Positions 58,608-64,000 of a stretch of 64,000 bases of DNA are shown here, one piece after another. Source of the stretch: a virus; IMG/VR virus record IMGVR_UViG_3300027956_000006. One strand, given 5' to 3'. Made by a program: the position numbers and the translations under genes. Under the pieces are notes generated by a model, which was not told where the DNA came from, searched no databases, and saw only the letters and a program-made list of their open reading frames with translations. Every line of letters starts with the position of its first letter. Position 1 is the stretch's first letter.

Positions 58608-58923
58608 AAAATTTGTTACTTGTTCAGCAGAAACCTTGATACAACAATGGGATGAAAATTGGAAAAAACTGACTCACAATGACGAGACCGCGAAAAAGAA
58701 TCATACTTTAGTAGGGCGCTATATCACAGAACCGTTTGCAGATGGTCAAGCTGTTTATGTTGTTGTAAAAGAAATGACGGATACAGTTAGAATTAAAGTT
58801 TGTACTGGATTAGGTGATGATTGGGAGATCCCAATATGGGGAAAAAATGCTGTTGTTAATAAGAAATACATTAAAAATAAACTTCAAGTTCGAGATAGAT
58901 TATCCAAATATTTCGCAAACTAA
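58597..58923 (+). CDS. Hypothetical phage protein
   Basis: VGRYITEPFADGQAVYVV. Confidence 0.65.
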   Translation: MKNKKFVTCSAETLIQQWDENWKKLTHNDETAKKNHTLVGRYITEPFADGQAVYVVVKEMTDTVRIKVCTGLGDDWEIPIWGKNAVVNKKYIKNKLQVRDRLSKYFAN

Positions 58924-58942
58924 TATAGGAGGATATTAAGCC

Positions 58943-59476
58943 ATGTTAAAAAATTCATACTTAATACAGCGTTTAAATAAACCTTATTTACAAGAGGTAA
59001 AATTACCGATACAAGCATTAATGAAATATGGTCTCTCGGCTACTGGTTTATCAAAAGAAGCGCGGGAGATATTGACTAAAATCTGTAAATTCGATTATAT
59101 GGGTTCAGCAGAATACGAATTTGGTGCAATCCCTAAAGCGTTACATCAAATGGCACAAAACAGCTCTCATTTAACTATGTTTGCCGAAGATATAAACTAT
59201 AATTTCAAGAATTATGGTTTAATCAATACTATATCTGGTAAACGAACAGTATATATTATTTGTGATACTGACGATAAGTTAGAAATAACAACAAGGATTA
59301 AAACCATGGCATTGGGTGAAGAGCGATGTAAAGAAAGGACTGAATTTGCTGAAAGTTTAGCAGAGTACAGATATGGTAAAGATACTGTTGGTTGGTTAGA
59401 TTTAGATAACGGATTTATGTTCTTTAAGGATAGAGTAATGTTTGATAACTTCTCATCCTTGTTTAAAAACAAATAA
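58943..59476 (+). CDS. Hypothetical phage protein
   Basis: YLIQRL, FDYMGSAEYEFGAIPKAL, GWLDLDN. Confidence 0.7.
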   Translation: MLKNSYLIQRLNKPYLQEVKLPIQALMKYGLSATGLSKEAREILTKICKFDYMGSAEYEFGAIPKALHQMAQNSSHLTMFAEDINYNFKNYGLINTISGKRTVYIICDTDDKLEITTRIKTMALGEERCKERTEFAESLAEYRYGKDTVGWLDLDNGFMFFKDRVMFDNFSSLFKNK

Positions 59477-59490
59477 ACTTTTATTTCTTT

Positions 59491-59814
59491 TTGTTGTTAA
59501 AAAAAACACTGATTAGAAAGGAGATGGATAAAAACGCCATGAAACATATATATTGGAACTCTAATACTAAAATAAATGATGCCGACATCGATAGATTAGC
59601 AGAAATATATTTAAAATTAAAAGGTAGTATCTTTTTAAGATTAATTAATAAAGATATTTATTCGCAATGTGGTGGGCGGCTGTCCGAACATATTAGTTTA
59701 ATAAAAAGCATTCCCGATCCTAATAATGACGATAATTGGATAATAGAAAGTTTTGATAAAGTAAAAGAATTAACCTTTGGTGAATTTTTGAAAGCGAAAG
59801 GAATCAATATTTAA
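59491..59814 (+). CDS. Hypothetical protein
   Basis: Open frame; true start probably downstream of AAAGGAG. Confidence 0.5.
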   Translation: MLLKKTLIRKEMDKNAMKHIYWNSNTKINDADIDRLAEIYLKLKGSIFLRLINKDIYSQCGGRLSEHISLIKSIPDPNNDDNWIIESFDKVKELTFGEFLKAKGINI

Positions 59815-59895
59815 GTTACAGTATTATAAGGAGTTTAATATCTTCTTAAACAGGGTAATATCAACATTAACTTAAATAAACAACAGGAGAGAAAT

Positions 59896-60291
59896 ATGTT
59901 TAAATTTATTAAAAAATGGATAAAATCAAAACAAGATAAACAATACAGACAAGTTATTGAGGTAGTACATGCTTTACAAGGATTTTATTTAGCTAAATAT
60001 TCTCTAGGAGATACGGATGAAATGTATAAAAAAGCAAGAACAGATATTGAAATGTTAGGTATTACAAGGATAGAAGTTAAAAACTCAACAATCTGTTTCA
60101 CACTTTTGCATCCAGGGTTATTAATAGGGAGATATGGAAGCAATATAAATGCTTTAGAAAAATACTTTCAAACTATATTTAAGCTCCCTCTTAAAATAAG
60201 TTTGGAAGAAGATAGAGTTATACAATCACTGCTACCTTATAAATGGGATGACTTCGGGCAAGAAGATTTTGAAGAAGGGATTAATAAATAA
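59896..60291 (+). CDS. KH-domain protein resembling the ribosomal protein S3 KH fold
   Basis: GITRIEV...HPGLLIGRYGSNINALEKYF (GxxG loop). Confidence 0.7.
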   Translation: MFKFIKKWIKSKQDKQYRQVIEVVHALQGFYLAKYSLGDTDEMYKKARTDIEMLGITRIEVKNSTICFTLLHPGLLIGRYGSNINALEKYFQTIFKLPLKISLEEDRVIQSLLPYKWDDFGQEDFEEGINK

Positions 60292-60302
60292 AGGAGATAA
60301 AC

Positions 60303-60467
60303 ATGGCTAAAGAAATTTTATGCCCTAAGTGCAACACTTTGATTAAACCATCTGATGAGTGGGATTTTATTGATGGTGAAACAGAGCATATAGAATGTTT
60401 AGATTGTGGACATAGTTTTATTGTAATAATTGAGAGACCAATAGAATATTTTATTCCTGAAAATTAG
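60303..60467 (+). CDS. Small Zn-ribbon protein
   Basis: Own translation CPKC...CLDCGHSF; AAGGAG RBS. Confidence 0.6.
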   Translation: MAKEILCPKCNTLIKPSDEWDFIDGETEHIECLDCGHSFIVIIERPIEYFIPEN

Positions 60468-61021
60468 GGAATAAAAAATGTTAATAATATTTAAACCAAG
60501 AGAAAGGGGAGTAAAATGACAACAATAAAAGTTAATAAGGATGATTTAATAACATTATTAGATTATATCGTGTTATTAAATGAGGAAAAAGATTATGAGG
60601 AGAATTGTAAACCAAAGAATCATATTTGGTTAGTGGCGAAACGTTTAATGAAACAAAGTAATTATAAAAAATGAGGTCAGAGTAATGCGGAAAACAAGGA
60701 AAGTACTTGATATAAAACAATACAGATATGAATTTCCAATTATATTATCTGGAGTTGGTAGAAACGCTGATGAAGCGTGGAATGATGCGGTAGAAGCGTT
60801 TTCGCAAGACCCAGGTTATTATGAAAAAGCTGAGAAAGGAGATATTGTTTAATGGCGCAAGAGAAGAAACTTTATTATTCAATACGTGTAGTAGAGACGG
60901 AGAATTATTACGAAGCGGTAGAAAAAGTAAGAGAAAACATATTTGAAGAAGCTGATCCCTTATGCGATAAAATATTAACTATATCTGAATTAACAGGGGC
61001 ACTTCAATACAGGAGAGAATA

Positions 61022-63447
61022 ATGAAAAAAATAAAAACAATGAAAGTAAAAGAGTTAATGGATCTGTTAAGCGAGTGTAGTGGAGATGCTTTAGTGTTTG
61101 TTGCGAGTGATGAAGAAGGTAATAGTTACTCTACAATCAGTATAGATAGTATTGCGTGTCATGGTGCCCCAGAAGAAAAAGTTATTATTATTTATCCATG
61201 GGAAGAAAATGTAGCTCTCCCTGGCTATTAATTATTAACAAAAACTAAGAAAAGGATAAACATGACCGCTAAAGAATTAATTGATATTTTACAGCCTGAA
61301 CATGGAAGAACTTCTTGTAGTGATAATAATTTATGTAATGGGTTCTATTCTGCCGGTGGTAAAAGAGGGGACTTAGGACATGGCAGATGCAGTAGATGTA
61401 TGTTATTAGAAATTCTTAATGGAGAAGAGGTGCCTAAAGATTTTGTTAATTTAATTGATTTTATATAAGGAGAAATTATGCACAAATGTAAGGACTGCGT
61501 TTATTATCTTAATGAATGGTATGATTTTGATCCTGATAGAGAAGATTGCTTATATAGGGAATGGAATCAGTACAATAGAGAAATTATATTTACAGGTAAA
61601 CTCGAAATGAATAAAGATGGAACTTGTCCATACTTCAAACCTAAAAAAATTACTTTTCAACATACTCCATTAGCAGAAATACAAACTAATAGTTATTTCT
61701 GGTTTGGGATGATAATTGCTATATTATTTTGTTTAATACACTTAATTTTATTCTTTAAATAAAATGCGATTAACCGATATTTATATTGTAAAGTATATCC
61801 GACCTACTAATTACGGGTATGAAACACAACAAACATTTTTTACTACGCTTCCTGAAGCGAGAAAGGAGACAGCCAAATTAATTAGGGTTTTACGTACAAA
61901 GGTTAAAGAGAGTGAAGATGACATAAGCATTAGTTTGTACCATAACGATGATGAATTAGGTTATTGGCGTTCTGATGGTGAAAAAGTAGTGTCGTATATT
62001 ACTAAATAAAGGAGAGAGAAATGAAAATAAAAGATAGTGCTATCCAAGAAAAAGAAATGAGGATGCGTGTAGCAATGGCGTGCGAATCATGCAGTTCAAA
62101 ATATTGTGTAGGATGCAAAATAACAATTCGCCAAGAAAACCAGCGTATTATCGTGAATGGTCAGACACGCAAAGTAGAAAAAATAGAACAAATACCAAGT
62201 TTTGTATAAATGTCAAAATTATTTGGTACAGAATTAACAAAAGAACAGCAGAAATTTCTTGAACCATTAGAAACAATACAAGACAACTACGCAAAACAGG
62301 TACTTGAATTTTTAAAATCATTACCATATGAGCAACGGCAAGTCGCTTTGTATGAAAGTATGGATGTTGCCTATGCCCTAGCGTATCGTATTGAGAAGGA
62401 AAAAGCAAAAATAACATAGGAGAACCAATGAAAAAACATTATATTATTCCATTTAAATATTATGTAGAAGTAGAAATTAATACTGTTCCAGACTTTGTTA
62501 TAGATAAACAAGCAATATTACAAATGGGAATAGATAAGTTTATTAAAGAAATAAACGAATTTGCCAAGGAAAACATTTTTAAAGAATTAGCCGAAACAAT
62601 GGCTCCTTCTCGTTTAACAGATATCCATGAAATAGACGATATAGATTAAAGTTATTTTAATTATGCAATAACAAAACCTGGAGTTAAATTATGGAAAATA
62701 AAATATATATTCAATTTGTAATGGTAGAATTTAGAAATTGTGCTCCTTTTATTTATAAAATCATAAGTAAAAACAAAATCACCCTTTCTAAAGTTGTATC
62801 CTATTTTAAAAAAACAGAAGATTGGAGTGAAGAAAGGGACAACATTACTTTGATTAATGAAATAACAACAATAAGGTTATAACTAAAATTTATATTTAAA
62901 ATAATAGGTACACTATGTATAAACAAAAGTGGAGAATATCACAAAAAATGCAATCCGAATTAGATGATTATGAATTGCATATCGATTCCGATTTAGATGT
63001 AAGAGAAAAAAATGGTAAATTAGATTTAAAAAATGCAAAAAGTATATTCTGGATCTCAACACCTGATGATAGGAGTGTTGGTATATTCCCAATAGCAGTG
63101 AGTCCAGAATTTCATACTTTAATAGAACTCGAAGCATGGTGGGAGCAACATGGTGCTAAAATTATAGCGTTAGAAGATTTAATCTTTAACAATATAATTA
63201 CCTATAAAGAGTATGAAAAGAAGTTGGTTGAAATATTAAAAGGGAGATAATAATGTCTATTGAATATTTAGGAAAAATAGCAGAAACAAAAACGATTACC
63301 ATTGAACGTTTAGTCCTACATGGCAAAACAACGGGATATGCCATACTAGGTACACCGTTACTTACCAACATAGAGTTAAATGAGTTAATTGGAGTATGTC
63401 ATCATCAAAGAGAGGTTAATGTAAAACAAGCAAAAAATAATGAATAA
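61022..63447 (+). other. Run of ten small hypothetical ORFs (61022, 61262, 61478, 61764, 62021, 62210, 62428, 62691, 62915, 63253)
   Basis: Co-oriented and closely packed, most with GGAG RBS; no recognisable domains. Confidence 0.6.
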
Positions 63448-63562
63448 AAATACCAAGCAAGAGGGAGTATACTCTCTTAAACATTATTTAAAATAGTATA
63501 AAGAATGTTAAGCAAAAAAAGCACAAATTAATTACTTTCGGTAAATATGAAAGGCGAAAATC

Positions 63563-64000
63563 ATGGTAGTAGAAACTTTAAATTTAGTTGAAGAAAAGGT
63601 AAAACAAATTCTTAATCAAGGGGTAGAGCAAAGAGTTATAGGTGTATTAGCCAACGGCGAGAAACTCAAACTTAGAATTTTTAAATCATCTTATGGTAAT
63701 TATTGTTATAAAGCACCTCATAAACAACGTTATGGCTATCCTATCAATACATTAAAATTAATTGATATATTACCTGAATTTTCTAAGAAGCATAAGTCAG
63801 ACGAACAAATTTGGAGAGATAGTTGGACAAAAGTAAAAGAGAGATTAGAAAAGTCTGGTTTATGGCAAGACATGTTACAGGATGTAATAACTGCTTTAAA
63901 TGTAGGTTATGAAAAATTAAAAGAAGCTGAAAAAAGCTATTGGCAAGATGTTCAAGGTGTTAAGTATGAGGCAAATGAAATACTGCGAACAAAAAGAATA
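63563..64000 (+). CDS. Hypothetical protein (partial, runs off window)
   Basis: Open frame from ATG 63563 to window end. Confidence 0.55.
   Translation, partial: MVVETLNLVEEKVKQILNQGVEQRVIGVLANGEKLKLRIFKSSYGNYCYKAPHKQRYGYPINTLKLIDILPEFSKKHKSDEQIWRDSWTKVKERLEKSGLWQDMLQDVITALNVGYEKLKEAEKSYWQDVQGVKYEANEILRTKRI

Noticed and set aside
1-64000. Stop-codon reassignment
   Set aside because: Long genes are intact in the standard code and TAA, TAG and TGA all end genes.
1-64000. Archaeal virus or Borg element (OGG2, Hjc-like gene, tandem repeats)
   Set aside because: TTGACA/TATAAT promoters and a peptide deformylase point to a bacterial host, and the terminase-portal-HK97 module to a tailed phage.

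Overview
This is a low-GC segment of a large tailed bacteriophage (or prophage) genome, read in the standard genetic code, with sigma70-type promoters and strong Shine-Dalgarno sites. Genes run on the minus strand from about 49 kb down to 1 and on the plus strand from about 50.8 kb. In transcription order the minus arm carries about 18 kb of small accessory ORFs, then a head module: probable small terminase, intein-containing large terminase, probable portal, a Zn-ribbon/degenerate-ligase/AAA+ fusion, HK97 protease-scaffold, decoration protein and major capsid. Directly downstream of the capsid lies a glycan cluster of at least 16 kb (5 glycosyltransferase genes, 5 methyltransferases, 3 SDR epimerases, a nucleotide-sugar dehydrogenase, ATP-grasp, HAD, radical SAM). 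The most unusual signals are: (1) an 861-bp transcription unit at the strand switch (48410-49270) almost free of GG/CC dinucleotides, encoding a protein with no Gly, Pro or Trp, bracketed by a perfect 25-bp inverted repeat and abutting about 60 copies of a CCA-containing 9-mer; (2) six intergenic tRNA-like elements with conserved stems but unrelated, mostly expanded interiors; (3) an accessory region whose gene boundaries share an AAGGCGG core and show signs of shuffling; (4) many tandem repeats that vary at only one or a few positions. All calls come from motif recognition by eye; no database searches were run.
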